A stretch of 63,868 nucleotides of DNA, counting the filler, from Nitrospinae bacterium RIFCSPLOWO2_12_FULL_45_22 (GTDB lineage Bacteria; 2-12-FULL-45-22), in NCBI GenBank assembly GCA_001803565.1. It is 4 parts of 4 records of this genome, joined end to end, with 100 filler letters (N's around TTAATTAATTAA, not from the genome) between each part and the next. Parts side by side here need not be neighbours in the genome. Positions count along the whole stretch, not along the records: positions 55,943 to 63,868 come from MHDQ01000138.1; 3 more parts are not named here. One strand, 5' to 3'. Position numbers and translations under genes: made by a program. Below the pieces are notes generated by a model that saw nothing but the letters and a program-made list of their open reading frames with translations, did no database searches and had not been told where the DNA came from. Shown here piece by piece: positions 62,463-63,868 of the stretch. Position 1 is the stretch's first letter, and every line of letters begins with the position of its first letter.

Positions 62463-62785
62463 TACTTTTGAAATATCTCCTCCTGGATGTTGCGCAATTG
62501 AGAAAGGATCAGGGTGTGTTCATCATCGAGGCTTTCCCACTCCATATAATCTCGCTCAACCGGATGAGAGTATTTATCAGGGATAAGGTTACTTTCCCAG
62601 GCATCTTTAAATTCATTGAAACTCATGCCATATTTGCTTTCAAAGGAATAAATTCGGTCTAAACAAGCCCTCAAACTTTGCTTCAAATCGCTAACTACCA
62701 GATGCATTAATTTATCATCTATTGTTTCCCCTTCTATATATTCTAAGGCTGATTTCACGGCTTTTGGAATGTTATTTATTTCCAC
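62462..62785 (-). CDS. Antitoxin-like hypothetical protein
   Basis: FESKYGMSFNEF...DYMEWE motif; coupled to the downstream gene. Confidence 0.65.
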   Translation of the reverse strand: MEINNIPKAVKSALEYIEGETIDDKLMHLVVSDLKQSLRACLDRIYSFESKYGMSFNEFKDAWESNLIPDKYSHPVERDYMEWESLDDEHTLILSQLRNIQEEIFQK

Positions 62786-63044
62786 AACCTTATCTCCTTC
62801 TTAAAAGGCTACCGTCTTTTTGTGAAATTTCGGAAGTTTTCTGATGTTGATTTGGATTCCAAATAGGATGATAATGCCATTCAGGTAGATTATCAATACC
62901 TAAGTTTATCAGTGGCGATGAGTGTTTATCTGATTTCATCCGTGAAGACATTTGTAATCCCAAGAATGTCGATCTGTCAGGCTAGTGAGTAATAGTATAA
63001 CAAGGAGTTCCACTCTGCAGCTACATTGCAGCAGATGAGCTTGA

Positions 63045-63680
63045 GTTTCTCGCTTATTTTTTTTGTAACCGTTCACCCGGTTCCCTTTGGGTGCTGCCAC
63101 TAAGGCACAAAAAGACCATGTAGCCGCAGGGCCTTGCCCTGCTAAGATGGCAGCGTAAGACGCTGCTGCTACCTTTCCTTAGTGCTTTGATGGCTGAACG
63201 GGTACTTTTTTTTTAAACCCGTGAATTTACCGAAGATTATATTTTAGAAATTCAATTTTGAGCCATTGTAAACCGTTATAAAAACGTAATAGCACAACTC
63301 TCAATATTGTCATTTCGACCGAAGGGAGAAATCTTTGTTTTGCCGATAGCAGAAATCTTTACCCTTCAGAACACAGGTCGTTCCAGGTTGGATTAATCTG
63401 ATTAACCAATTGGTTCTTTTTCTCCCTTCGCCAGTTACTTCAACTCCGCTTCAGTACAAGCCTTAATTTCTTTTTCCCTAGCAATAGCTGCAGTTACATC
63501 ACTTTATTGTTCCAGTTTGTTAGCAAATAAACATAATAACCTTCTGCCATAGACGTTTAAGATTTCTCCCGGAGTTTACCCTGAGCTCCAATAAAAGATT
63601 CCTCGCTTCGCTCGGAATGACAGGGGCGAAGGGGTCGGAATGACATTATTCATACCTTTTGTTAAAAATAAGCGAGAGAC
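63045..63680. mobile_element. Composite non-autonomous element bounded by GTYTCTCGCTTATTTTT inverted repeats
   Basis: Inverted repeats at 63045-63061 and 63664-63680. Contains a GTAACCGTTCA MITE and a REP-flanked GIY-YIG remnant. Confidence 0.55.
63359..63550 (-). pseudogene. GIY-YIG nuclease remnant with an internal deletion and a mini-repeat insertion
   Basis: Three fragments: MAEGYYVYLLTNWNNKVM, DVTAAIAREKEIK and NWRREKKNQLVNQINPTWNDL. Flanked by TGTCATT...AATGACA REP arms. Confidence 0.85.
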
Positions 63681-63868
63681 CCGTTCTTTTTCTCACAAAT
63701 GTTCAGCATAAACTCCATCCGCAAATTAACAATTGACCCTTTTTCCCTTTGACAGGCACAACTATACTATGTATTTTAAATACATAGTATAACCCATTTA
63801 GGGAGGTGCATTATGGATACGGTTCGGTTAAATATTGCTCTGCCAAAGGAACTGGCCCGGCAGTTAGA
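63680..63868 (+). repeat. ~190-bp direct repeat, copy 2, containing the intact antitoxin start (ATG 63813); runs off the window end
   Basis: MDTVRLNIALPKELARQL is in frame. Confidence 0.9.

Overview
Draft bacterial assembly, most likely a MAG. The gene content suggests a deltaproteobacteria-like or candidate-phylum lineage (inference). Four unrelated contigs are joined by artificial N-TTAATTAATTAA-N linkers at 26290-26389, 37207-37306 and 55843-55942, so no synteny can be read across them. Contig 1 carries surE, a Cys-type thi4 and thiC, a three-subunit acyl-CoA carboxylase, an Fe/Mn SOD, an 11-gene Mrp-type antiporter operon, manC-uppP, PPi-PFK and aldolase, and a small accessory island. Contig 2 carries a thiolase with an HMGS-like/OB-fold partner, holB-PSP1-metG-TatD/radical SAM, and then the end of an integron cassette array followed by an ORF-less, atypical group II intron-like RNA and a frameshifted RelE-type toxin-antitoxin pair. 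Contig 3 carries an efflux adaptor, a possible UGA-readthrough small membrane protein, glycosyl/methyltransferase genes, rnhB-yraN, sugar-modifying radical SAM genes, a macro domain gene, cooT and a chelatase. Contig 4 holds the best candidate for a novel system, a RiPP operon: S26 peptidase, PqqD/RRE, HPr-kinase-like protein, radical SAM/SPASM enzyme and an unannotated 46-aa YxxP-leader precursor, followed by VanZ and ABC genes. Intergenic DNA is full of nested MITE/REP-like elements, including internally deleted GIY-YIG and GxxExxY nuclease genes.
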